NCBI GenBank assembly: GCA_045660225.1
Contig: JAZRDK010000077.1
Span: 7,528 to 71,527 of the forward strand
DNA from: Candidatus Scatosoma sp.
GTDB lineage: Bacteria; Bacillota; Clostridia; Christensenellales; Borkfalkiaceae
Length of the DNA: 64,000 bases
Direction of reading: 5' to 3'
This document shows positions 9,064 to 19,900 of the stretch, piece after piece (positions within the stretch are counted from its first letter, which is position 1; the number at the start of each line of letters is the position of its first letter). A program made the translations under genes and the position numbers. The notes beneath the pieces were generated by a model that saw only the letters and a program-made list of their open reading frames with translations, ran no database searches and was not told the DNA's origin.

Positions 9064-9150
9064 TGGTGCTCGTGGCCGGACTTGAACCGGCACGGTATTT
9101 CTACCGAGGGATTTTAAGTCCCTTGCGTCTGCCTATTCCACCACACGAGC
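9064..9150 (-). tRNA. tRNA-Leu (anticodon TAA)
   Basis: Minus strand: GCTCGTGTGGTGGAATAGGCAGACGCAAGGGACTTAAAATCCCTCGGTAGAAATACCGTGCCGGTTCAAGTCCGGCCACGAGCACCA. It is class II with a long variable arm, and the anticodon loop is CT-TAA-AA. Confidence 0.92.
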
Positions 9151-9202
9151 GGTTTTTGCTTTTTTGAAAAATTAAAGCGACCTTTCGGGTCGCTTTAATT
9201 TC

Positions 9203-9277
9203 TGGAGGCGCCACCCGGATTTGAACCGGGGGATAAAGGTTTTGCAGACCTTGGCCTTACCACTTGGCTATAGCGCC
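9203..9277 (-). tRNA. tRNA-Cys (anticodon GCA)
   Basis: Minus strand: GGCGCTATAGCCAAGTGGTAAGGCCAAGGTCTGCAAAACCTTTATCCCCCGGTTCAAATCCGGGTGGCGCCTCCA. The discriminator is U. A terminator-like hairpin at 9170-9200 follows it. Confidence 0.92.
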
Positions 9278-9304
9278 GAAAAATAAAAAACAGTGCAGAT
9301 ATTT

Positions 9305-9379
9305 TGGAGCGGGAAACGAGATTCGAACCCGCGACATTCACCTTGGCAAGGTGACGCTCTACCACTGAGCTATTCCCGC
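9305..9379 (-). tRNA. tRNA-Gly (anticodon GCC)
   Basis: Minus strand: GCGGGAATAGCTCAGTGGTAGAGCGTCACCTTGCCAAGGTGAATGTCGCGGGTTCGAATCTCGTTTCCCGCTCCA. Confidence 0.9.
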
Positions 9380-9403
9380 ATACATCATCCGCACTGTTTT
9401 TGT

Positions 9404-9479
9404 TGGTGGAAGTTATAGGGTTCGGACCTATGACCCTCTGCTTGTAAGGCAGATGCTCTCCCAGCTGAGCTAAACTTCC
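9404..9479 (-). tRNA. tRNA-Val (anticodon TAC) with an atypical T loop
   Basis: Minus strand: GGAAGTTTAGCTCAGCTGGGAGAGCATCTGCCTTACAAGCAGAGGGTCATAGGTCCGAACCCTATAACTTCCACCA. The D and anticodon arms are canonical. The T arm is ATAGG/TCCGAAC/CCTAT, with C where U55 is expected. Confidence 0.85.
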
Positions 9480-9660
9480 GTCGAAAGCTTTTATACTATA
9501 CCATATCTAAACGATAAACGCAAGCATTTTTTACACGTTTTTCAAAAAAAAATAAAAAATTTTCAAAAAATATTTTTCCTGATTTTTTGCGTGATTTTTT
9601 TACGTAAATTCGTTTACCTTTCCACTTTTTCGTTTATATAAAAGTATAGCGCGTTTACGA

Positions 9661-9690
9661 TTGACAATTAGGCGTTTTGCGTGTTATACT
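9661..9690 (+). promoter_or_regulatory. Sigma-70-type promoter
   Basis: TTGACA, an 18-nt spacer (ending TGt), then TATACT. The RBS AAGAGGTG lies at 9706-9713. Confidence 0.65.
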
Positions 9691-9718
9691 AAGAAAAAAT
9701 AAAGATAAGAGGTGTTTT

Positions 9719-10147
9719 ATGAACTACGCATTAAGAGGTATCCACGCAGAAGAACTTTCCTTTTCCGTCAACCACGTCAATTTGAAAGACGCGAAAGTGA
9801 AATTCAACCCCAAATACACTTGCGAAATTAAAAATTTGAAAGACAACGCAAAAATTTGGACGGCAACCATCGGTTTGAAATGGGAATCTTCGGAAGAAGA
9901 AATTACGCCGTTTAACCTTTCGGTAAAAATGCTTGGCGCGTTTGAGGCGGAAGGCATTGAAACGGACGAAGACAAACAACTTCTTGCCATCAGCATGATG
10001 GAAGTCGTCTTCCCCTACCTTCGCACCGCCGTTACCAACGTAACCGCAAGCGCAAACCTTATGCCCCCCGTCGTCCTTCCCGTTATCCCTGCAAGCGTTT
10101 TGTTCTCGCAGTCGATTCAGGAAAAAGCAGGCGAATTGAAGAACTAA
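9719..10147 (+). CDS. SecB-like chaperone family protein
   Basis: LRGIHAEELSFSVN ... FNLSVKMLGAFEAEGIE ... VVFPYLRTAVTNVTASANLMPPVVLPVIPASVLF aligns with the E. coli SecB core (FPYARE...LAPVNFDALF). I chose ATG 9719 over the TTG at 9677. Confidence 0.65.
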   Translation: MNYALRGIHAEELSFSVNHVNLKDAKVKFNPKYTCEIKNLKDNAKIWTATIGLKWESSEEEITPFNLSVKMLGAFEAEGIETDEDKQLLAISMMEVVFPYLRTAVTNVTASANLMPPVVLPVIPASVLFSQSIQEKAGELKN

Positions 10148-10167
10148 TTTCATAAACGATTGTATGC

Positions 10168-10206
10168 GCCCCTGCGTGCCCAAACTCGGCACGCAGGGGC
10201 TTTTTT
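10168..10206 (+). terminator. Rho-independent terminator
   Basis: GCCCCTGCGTGCC / GGCACGCAGGGGC stem followed by TTTTTT. Confidence 0.85.
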
Positions 10207-10244
10207 GTTTGTCTAATATAAATTCCCTTTCCCATAGAAAGCCC

Positions 10245-10413
10245 TTTTTGTCATTCTGGAACGGCGCGATAGCGTAGTGATAGAATCTCGCCTTTTATTC
10301 CGTGGGGCCCTATCGCTTCGCTCCAGGGTGACAGGGTGGGAGACGCTCCAGGGTGACAGGGTGGGAATCCGTTTTTGTCATTCTGGAGTGGAGCGCAGTG
10401 GAACGATAGAATC
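10245..10413. repeat. Two copies of a ~43-nt unit (10245-10288 and 10372-10413)
   Basis: TTTTTGTCATTCTGGA-(about 18 variable nt)-GATAGAATC occurs twice and brackets repeat copy 10304-10365. Confidence 0.7.
10304..10365. repeat. 62-bp direct repeat, left copy, flanking the GIY-YIG gene
   Basis: GGGGCCCTATCGCTTCGCTCCAGGGTGACAGGGTGGGAGACGCTCCAGGGTGACAGGGTGGG. It contains an internal tandem of CGCTCCAGGGTGACAGGGTGGGA. Confidence 0.9.
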
Positions 10414-10434
10414 CCAAGTCAATACAAATTCTCT

Positions 10435-10707
10435 TTACTCCATTAAATCTTTCCAACCTGGATTCATGCTGTTTATTAAGCTTTCTTTTTTAACACGCAA
10501 TAAATTCTTAATGGACTTTTCCCTAGCTATAGCAATATTGACATCCGTTGTAGTTTCATAATATACCAACTTATACAGGTTGTATTTTTGCGTAAAACCT
10601 TTAACGATTTTATTTTTATGTTCGTACATTCTTCTTTCCAAATTATTCGTAACACCCGTATATAAAACGGTATTGTTTTTATTTGTAATTATATAAACGT
10701 AATACAT
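10435..10707 (-). CDS. GIY-YIG nuclease family protein (small stand-alone URI-domain type)
   Basis: MYYVYIITNKNNTVLYTGVTNNLERRMYEHK... carries the GIY/YIG, R and E motifs. The ORF is markedly more AT-rich than its neighbours. Confidence 0.85.
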   Translation of the reverse strand: MYYVYIITNKNNTVLYTGVTNNLERRMYEHKNKIVKGFTQKYNLYKLVYYETTTDVNIAIAREKSIKNLLRVKKESLINSMNPGWKDLME

Positions 10708-10778
10708 AATACCACCCTTTTTATTATAATCTTTTATTTGTAAAATTGCAACACTTTATAAGATTTTTTTAATTTTAT

Positions 10779-10840
10779 GGGGCCCTATCGCTTCGCTCCA
10801 GGGTGACAGGGTGGGAGACGCTCCAAGGTGACAGGGTGGG
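10779..10840. repeat. 62-bp direct repeat, right copy
   Basis: Identical to 10304-10365 except for one base (CCAAGG versus CCAGGG). Confidence 0.9.
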
Positions 10841-10863
10841 CAAAGAAAGCACCAAAATCGGGC

Positions 10864-10898
10864 AAAAAACAACGGCAAAACGCGTTGTTTTGCCGTTG
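10864..10898 (-). terminator. Rho-independent terminator of the giant gene
   Basis: CAACGGCAAAAC / GTTTTGCCGTTG stem with TTTTTT on the minus strand. A second hairpin (10927-10963) lies between it and the stop codon. Confidence 0.7.
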
Positions 10899-10971
10899 AA
10901 ACCGTTTTATCAAGTTTTTGTCTTTCGTTTGTTTTAGGGCGGTTTTTTTGCCCTAAAACAAACGCTTTTTC

Positions 10972-13900
10972 TTAATAGAAGTTGCTGGGGTTAATTACAC
11001 CGAATACACGATTAGACGTATCCGAAATCCAAACCATTTGCTTTTGTTTTGCGTTAGAATTCGAAGAGTAATTACCCTTATATCTATTCGAATATTCAAC
11101 GAACATCAAGTTAGCACCCTTACCGCTTGCATAATGCTCGTAACCAAGCATCTTCGCATCCATCAAGAAGTCGCGACGGAAGGCTTCCAAATGCGTAGCA
11201 TCGTCTTCGTACGTCTTCTCCGCGTAACCGTTCATCGTACCGTCGCCAACGGGAATCGTCGACTCATAGTCCTTAGCGTAATCCGTCTTCTTTATCAAAT
11301 CGTCACCAAGACCAAACGTCCACGTCACCGATTTCTCCGTCACGTTCCAGATTCCAGTAACCCACTTCGTGCCGTTGACAACGTAACCGTACAAACCGTC
11401 GGGCGTAACGTCGTTTTCCAAGAAGTCAGGGTTCGTTCCGCCATAGTTTTGCTGAAGCTTATCTTTACTAGTTGCAGCGTTGGTGTTCCAGTCCCCAACC
11501 TTTGCCGTGCCAGGCGTACTAAACGCACCGTTTTCTACGCCGAGCGCCTCACCAGCCCAAAGCAAACCGCCGGTTGCAATCCATCTGGGCATCAACGATT
11601 CGACGAGAATATGCTTTTGATAGGTTTCTTCGCTTACCTTACTATGTGCCGTCGCAACGTAACCAAGCCATCTGTTGATATTCGAAACGTTGTCGTTTTC
11701 AGACGTCCACGTACCAGTAGCCTGATAATAGTATGTAGTAACTAGCCCTAGCTCCTGACTTCCCACGCTAGATTTTTCGTGTTGAGGAATTGCCTTCGTA
11801 ACGCTCGCCTTTACGCCAATCTTAAGTCTTGCATAGTCAGCAATCCAATAGAAATCTTCGCCTGTAAAGTTGCCCGACTTATCCTGGCCATAGAAGGTGG
11901 TTGCCTTAACGTTGTCTACAGTCAAGTTAAGCGCGTTCCAGTCAATCGTCCAAGACTGCGCCTTCGTCGTACCAAAGTCAGCGTTCTTATACGTTTCCGT
12001 GCCTTTTTCACCCTTATAGGTTGCGATTTGGTCGTCCATTTCCGTGAACAAGTATTGCGCCGCGCGGTATTCAAGGTACAGCTTATACATTTCCACACCG
12101 CCTGCGCCGTAGTAGCCTTTGCCCGTGCCCGTATTCGTGAGATTTCCGAAAACATCTCTCTTAAGACCGAAGAATTCGTCAATGAGTTTTTGACAGTACT
12201 TGTTAAGCGACGTCTTATCGACAAGCCCAGTCTTTTCGTCGATATCCACGTACTTATTGACTTCCATGAGCGCCTGAGAGTTGATATACGCCTTCAATGC
12301 GCCAAACGCCGTTACGTTCGACTTCGACCAAAGGTTTTCCGTCGACATAACTTCCATATTGCCGTTCTCTGCGAACAAGCGGTAGTTTGCAACCGTCGAT
12401 TCAAAGCTGTTACGCGACAAGAACCAGTCGCCCTGCATCAATTCGTAAGACCAAAGATAGATGTTTGCGCCCTGCTTACTGGTAATCTCCAACCAAACCT
12501 GCATATCGTACCAGTTTGCAGGATGTTTTTCACTCCAACTTTCCGTAAGGTTTCTGCCTTCGTTCATCGGCGTATCGCTGATTGCGCCACCGGGAGCGAG
12601 TACAAGCAAAGTGTTGGTGTTGGGATACAAGACGTTAAGTTGATCTGCCTTCGACAAGTGATTTGCATCCATCGTCTTTGGTTCCACTCTTGCATAATCG
12701 GCAACCTTAGATGCGTCGTTGACGTAAGGCGTGGTCTGGTATGCTTGGTATGCGAAGTAGCCGATACGTACGGGCGTACTTCTATCCAGCGTAGCAAACG
12801 TCGTTTTTGTGCCGTTGATGCTATACGTGCCGTCCGTCGTAATCGTCGTACCGCCTGCAAGCGTTACCGTGCCGTTGTTGACGTACTGTTCAACGTCGTT
12901 GACGAAATTGAGATACGTCGCCGCCGCCGAGCCAAACGCCGTACACGACGAACAGGTACATGCGTTGGAGTTATCTTCCGTCGTCAGGAGCATTACGTCC
13001 TTCTTAGGATTGTTGTTGGCAAGCCTAATAATCGCGTCGCCGTAGACTTTAACAAGGTGTGCATACGCCGTTGCATCGCCGTGCGCCGTGAAGCAGACTT
13101 GGATTTCCGCACCCGCGGGCCAATATCTTGCCGTGACGTTGTCATTGTCATCGTAAGTGACGTAATCGTCCATGCTCGCATACCACTTATGCGTATTCGT
13201 ATTTCTCTCATACGCGCCGTAGGTTACACCATCCACCACGTAAGCCTGCGATGCAGGGACAAGGTCGCCGTTGCTGGTCATATTATGCCAGTTACCTGCG
13301 TGTTGCGTGTACTTGTTCGTACCCATCGAGTAAGCGCCTTCGTTGTTCATCGTCGTGAAAGGACCTGCCAAACGATAAGCAAACATAACGTCGTTGCAGA
13401 AGTTGATTTCTCCAGGGAGCTTAATCGAATTGCCGTCTACGTTCAAGCACTCGCCATAGCCTTCAACGTCCGCAATCACCGTGCCGTCCGCAAGCTGATT
13501 AAGCGTATACGTTGATTCCGTTTTAGACAAAGCCTGCGCGCCCCTAGCGTCGCCCGAATATTGACGATAGCCAAGCACTTCGGACAAGAATTTCACAACC
13601 GCCAAACCAAGGTCAGCGTTGTCTTCCGCCATCACGAAGATGGAATTGCCTTTCGTGAATACGCCGTAGTTTGCGCCGTTTAAGGGGTTTTCCGTGCTAA
13701 ACGCTTGGTGGAACAAGTTCCAGTCGTTGACAACGACGTAGTGCATATCTTTCGTCCACTCGCTTGCACGCGCATACGTCAATTTTGCACCCGTTTGTTC
13801 TTTCACGAGTTTGTTGACGTATTCGATTGCCTGCGTTTCGTTTGCGCCCAACGTACCGATAACGATGGAATATTCCGTCACGCCTTCCTTTACGAAATAG

Positions 13901-16900
13901 CCCGCAAGAGGGTCTTGAACGTTCGTTGCGCCTGCAAAGACGAGTTTCTTCATCCAGTCGGGGTACGCCTTCACGGTTTGATAAAGCGTGCCGAAGTTGT
14001 TGTAAGCCGTTACGAAATCCGCCTGGCTTGCAAAACTGCCTGCCTTGCCTGCGGTAGTTGCCGTGTTCCAAACGGGAGTTATAACCGTACCCGTCGAAGC
14101 GTCACGGAGCGCTACGTTGTTTGCACCGCTAACCGCGTATACGCCGTCGAACGAGCCGTTAAACGCACTTACGTTCGCGCCTGCGCTACCTACCATACCT
14201 GCGTTCGTCGCCGCCGTCGCAACTGCGCTTGCGTCTACGAAACAGTTGACAAGGTTCATGCTAAGCGTCTTGTCATTGCCGTTGGGTTGCGCGAAGAACG
14301 TACCAGAGCCGTCCGTGCTTTGCGCGCTTGCGAATGCGCTGTATTTTACGTATACGTTTTCAATCGTACCCGCACCGCCTGTGGAAACGTAACCGCCGTT
14401 GTAGTTCTTTTCAGCGTTGATAAACGCAAGGTTTTTAATCGTACCGTTGTTGGAGGGTACAAAACTGTTGTTTGCCGTCCATTGATTAAGCATCTTCAAA
14501 CCGCTAATCGTATGGCCCTGACCGTCGATAACACCGGTGAAACCTTGGTTTCCGTTGTAAGACCAACCAAGGATCGAACCCGTGGAAGCGTTGGATTGTT
14601 TGAAAGTTGAAATCGTCGAAAGGTCGGCGCTCGTTTCAATTTTTGCAGACTTCCAATTGATATAACTATAAACGTACTTACCGTTGTACGTCCAGTATTC
14701 TTTACCGTCGAGCGCGGTTACCGCTTTCCAGTTAGACTGCGTATTCGCGTCCACGTTCACACCCGAAGACACGTCGATAAACGGCGTAAACTTGCCGTTA
14801 TATTCAATATCGTCGTCAAAGACGAAATAACCGTCCCAAATGATTTCCGACGTTCCCAACGCCTTCGCAATTGCGCCCATTTGGTTGAGTTCGTCAGCGT
14901 TCGAAATCATCTTCGAAACAAGCATTACGCCGATAGAGAAGGTGTGGTTTTTGCCGAATTCGTCACAGAAGGTGAGCGTAATCGAATCTTGGCCGTACTT
15001 CGTGCCAAATGCCGACGTTTCTACCCTAAGCACGTTGGTGTTTTCGTTGAATACACCGTTCAAATTCGTGTTGCCGTAGTATGCGGAAACAAGCGTACCA
15101 AATTTCGTGTCGATATCCGAAATTTTCAATTCTGTCCAACCGTTGCCAGGCACAACGCCGATAAGCACCTTCGTCGCGTCGTCGTAAACGGGGACAAGGT
15201 CAAGGTCGAGCATGACCATACCTGCAGTAGACGCGTACTTAGGCGAAGGCACACCGCCAACAACCTTCCAAACGTCCGCATCCCACGTCGAAAGCATCGT
15301 CCTTATCGAAGAGCCTGCTTCGTTGTATGCGTTCGCCATATCCTGCGCCGTTGCCCAGTTGCCCCAAAGCCCGTTGTTGTCAAACGCGCCGATGCTACCT
15401 TTTACACTGCCGTCAGGGCTGTTACCGATGGTTAAACCGCCATTGACGTTTTGCGCCCAAGCATAGTTACCGTTTGCATCCTTCGTACGATACCAGTATG
15501 GTGTTTTCACCGAGTTTCTTGCGTCAACGATAGCGTTGGATGCGTAGTTATAGATATATTGGTTTGCTCTATCCGAGCGTACGATACCGTCCTTCAAACC
15601 GATAGAGTAAACGCCGTTGATACTTCCCGTATTCTTCACCTTTGCAACCATACCGGTTACACCAGCAACAGGGTCGATAGGCACGCCTACTCTTTCACTG
15701 CTTTCGTTCGCGGAATTGCCCCAAGGCGTGTACAGTTTCGTCATATCGATCTTGCTGAAATCCACAAAACAGTTGACGAGTTTTACTTCGTCCATACCCG
15801 ACGCGGAATTTTCAGCAACGTAGCCGAAGAAGGTGGAAACGTTGCCCGCGGTGTTCGAATCCGTTAAACCCCAGCCGTCCTTTGCGTACTGTACGTAAAT
15901 GTTTTCGTAAAGACCCTTACCACGCCAAGACACAAAGCAAGCTCCGTTACCGCCAAGGTAAGCATCGGTGAAGGATATATTTCTCAAAACACCCTTTTCG
16001 CCAAGAGCAGTAATGAAACCGCCTTCGCCTGCCTTCGAGTATTCGGCAAGGTTGGAAATAACGTAATTTCTACCGTCGAAAATACCAACGAAACCATTGT
16101 TTCTGTCGTTGTTCATTTCAACACGGCGCATCATGAACGGTTTCAAGTAATCGCTCTTACGCGTGTCGAACGTACTGCCAAAGTCGATATCCGCGCCGAG
16201 CACGAAATACCCGTCTGCCGTACCTTCTTTGTCGTTTGACTGCGTGTAGTCAAACGGCGTACCCGTCTTCGCACCGATAGCAAGCGCTACGGGGCCGAAT
16301 TTTTGCAAATCGTCTTTCGATTCAATGACCATCGACACAAGGTCAACGTCCTTGAACGTGAAATGATAAGGTTTGCCCATTTCCGTCGTCGCCGTAACCT
16401 TCAACGTATAACCGTCAAAGTAGTCGGTTGCCGAGAAGTTGCCTTTAACGGGAATTGTAATAATATTGTTCGCGAGCGTTACGCCCGTGAGCGTGTTACG
16501 CGCGATAGAGCGCGTTTGCTTGCCGTTGTCGATTTGCACGTCGGAAACTTGGGCGAATTCTTCGCCTTCCGCCTCGCCTTTGTTCAAATCCAGCGTAAAC
16601 GCAGTCGCCTGCGCAACGGGCTCACCATAGGTGAGCGTAGCTGCGCTTTCATCCCAGTTAGAATATTCCGTGGTTACGTCCAAGTTGAGCGTAACCGCGT
16701 CTTCTACGTCAATGCTTACGTCGGAAATGTCTGCCAAGTTCAAGCCGATGCCAAACTTCGCGTTGAGCATATCGTACGCAGCCTTAAGCGTTGCGTCTTT
16801 ATAGTATGCCTTCGAGAATTCTTTTTCGTCTACGAAAAGCTCCGTGTTGCCAAGCTCGGCCGCCGAAACCACGCTGTTTGCAGGGTCTTTTTCGAAGACT

Positions 16901-19900
16901 ACAGGGAAGTTCTTCGAGTTGCCTACTGCGTAGACGTTCGTCATCGTACCCGTGTAATCCGTAGCACCTTGCCATCCGTTCTGATATTTGTTGAGCGAAC
17001 CGATTACGCCTGCCGCTCTTTCGTTTGTGGAAGTGCCCTGATAAGCGCCGACCAAGTTGACGAAACAGTTCTTCAACGTGATGGCACAGACGTGGTTGCT
17101 TCCTGCCGCTTGATGGAAGAACGTACCAAAGCCTTCCGTATTTTGCGCAGTGTCAGGAAGATAGTTAGTCGGTGCAACAAACTGCTCGTACTTGACGTAT
17201 ACGTTTTCAACCGTACCCGTACCGCCGAGGGTTACTAACGCGCCAGCCGCAATAAGACGTGCGTTGGTAAACGCCAAATCCTTAATCGTACCGCCTTTCA
17301 GCGTACCGATAAACGCGTGTACGTTGCTATCTACCCAACCGGACATCGCCATACCGATAATTTTCTTGCCGTTGCCGTCGAATACACCTTCGAAACCGCC
17401 TGCCGAATAGCCCCAACTAAGCGCTGCGCCCGTGGAGTTACCCTTTACCGACGTGCCTACTGCAATGAACGATTTCCACGTCGCGTTGTAAGGAATATCT
17501 TGTGCAAGACGGAAATAACCGCCCCACATTTTATCGTTGTCACTTCTAACTGCCTTTGCAATCAAACCGAAGTTATCCAAATCATCCTTCGTGTAAATTT
17601 CCTTGGTAATCAAGAAGACGTTAACGTTCAACAAATCTTCCGTCGTCTTGACGTTCAACGTTCTTTCGCCGTAATTAAAACCAAACTGTTCCGCAGGGAT
17701 ATACAGTTTTTCGCCTTCGATACGTGCGTAGTAAAGTTGTTCTTCGCCCATCTTAACGGAAACGATTTCACCGCCAAGCTTTCTGCCAAGAGAAATTTCT
17801 ACTTCTTCGCCGTTGAGCGAAACCGTCTTCGTGGAGCTTTCTACTTGGACGTTCAAATCCAAATCGCCACCGTCAACCGTTTCTACAGCGCCGACAAGTT
17901 CTTTCATCCATACAGGCCAAGCGTCAACCGTTGCTTTGATGGTTGCATTTTCAAGGTAAGCGGACACAAAGTCGTCGTTGTTTTCATACCAACTGCGCGC
18001 TTCCGTCTTCTTGGCTACTTCAGATGCCTTCACGCCGTTGATGATACCTGCCGCCGTCGTTGCCCAAGTACCTTCTTCCGGTACGCCGATAAGATAAACG
18101 CCTTCAAACTTCGCGTTTTCAGACAAACCGAGAAGACTAGGGCCGTCCGCGTCGTCGTGCCAGGTTTTACCGCTCTTTGCAGGGTCGCTTTCCGTGTTTA
18201 CTTTGTTACTACCAGTAATGTCAATTACTACGTTTTTAAGCGTACCCGTTGCCATATAACTGTTGTTGACAACCGTCGTGTTAGCAGTACACCAGCCGTC
18301 GGTGTACCAAGCGCCGCTGCCACCAAAACCACCCCATTTGGTGCTGTGGTAACCGCCTACCGAATACATGGATACGTATACGTTTTCTACCAAGCCGTTG
18401 ACTTGTTCGGAAATTACGGATGCGCCCTGCGTAACAACTGCGTTGTTGAACGCTACGTTTCTAACGATACCGTTTGCGCCGATAACGTCGATGAACGCCG
18501 TAGACGTCATTACAAGACCTTCAATTGCATAACCGCAACCGTCGAAGATACCTACGAAACCTTCCGAGTAGGACGCATCGGTATCGCCAGCCCTTCTATC
18601 CATGTCGTAGTTCCAAAGGGGAAGGTCTTTACTACCTTTATTGATATCAGCCGTCGTGTTGAATACGATGTCTGCGCCAAGCTTGAAGTAACCGCCCCAC
18701 GTTCTACCCGTAGAGCCAGTGGTTTTGACTTCGTCGTCCGCAACCACGTCGGCAATCGAAAGGAAACTGTTCAAATCTGCTTTCGTTTTAATCGTCTTCG
18801 TGACAAGCGCCGTAGGAATAGTAATATTGTATACCTTGCCGTTTGCGTTTTTCGCAACCAACGTCAAGTTATAATCCGCCTTGTCCGTGTACGACGTAGG
18901 CGCAATTTGTCCTGCTACGGGAACGGTTACTTTTGCACCGTTTACCGTTACGCCCGACGTAATCGGTTCTGCCCCGTTATAACTAAGGCTGACAAATTCC
19001 GTCAAATCGGACGCTACTTTAGAAACGTAGAACGTTGCAGTTGCCGTATTGACGACTGCCGTGCCGTTTTCTACCTTGACGTCAAGGTCGATTTCGCCTT
19101 CGTCCACCGTGCCAAACGCAGGCAAACTGTTGTCGAGCGCGATACCGAACATATCGTTGAGCGTATCAAACGTATACGCCATTACGCTATCGGTTGCGTA
19201 CGCGTCTATAAATGCACCTACGCCTGCATAAACCGTCGTGTTGCCTGCTTCTTCTTCGGAAACCTTTTCGATAGGGTCGTGGAAGGCGTCGTGCTTAGCG
19301 CTCACTGCGTATACGTTTTCAAGTTTACCGGTGAAATCACCGCCTGCAAACGAACTGCCGCTAACTTTAGCCGTCGAGCCGATAACACCTGCTACCGTAT
19401 TCGCCGCATTCGTCGTAAACGCTGCTTTGGACAAGTCTACGAAACAGTTCTTAATCGTAAGGTCTGCCGTAGAGGACGGGGAACTCAGCGCAAAGAAGGT
19501 TGCAGGGCCTTCCGTCGCGCCTGCATAAAACTTCGTGTACTGCACGTATACGTTTTCAATCGTACCGCTACCGCCAAGCGTGACAATCGCACCGTTGCCA
19601 GTGTTGGTCGTGTTGGTAAACGCTACGTCTTTAATCGTACCGCCTTTCAATACACCGATAAACGCATGCGTCGTAGAATTCGCCCAACCGCTCATCGTCA
19701 TACCGATAATCTTATGTCCGTCGCCGTCAAACGTACCTGCAAAGCCACCGTCAGCAAATGCCCAACTAAGACCCGCACCCGTCGTAGGAGGCGTAGTGTT
19801 ACCAGGACCGCCTGCGATAAACGCCTTCCACGTGTCGTTAAATTCAATATCGTTGCCAAGCTTGAAGTAACCGCCCCAAAGCTTGTCGTTGCTTGCGTAT

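Noticed and set aside
8826-9480. Prophage or integrative island at the tRNA cluster.
   Set aside because: No integrase, excisionase or phage genes occur anywhere in the window. Only a 57-nt duplication remains.
10304-10365. Possible CRISPR-like array, suggested by the tandem CGCTCCAGGGTGACAGGGTGGGA units.
   Set aside because: There are only two directly abutting units per copy, with no spacers and no cas genes. The structure is a direct repeat flanking a gene, not an array.
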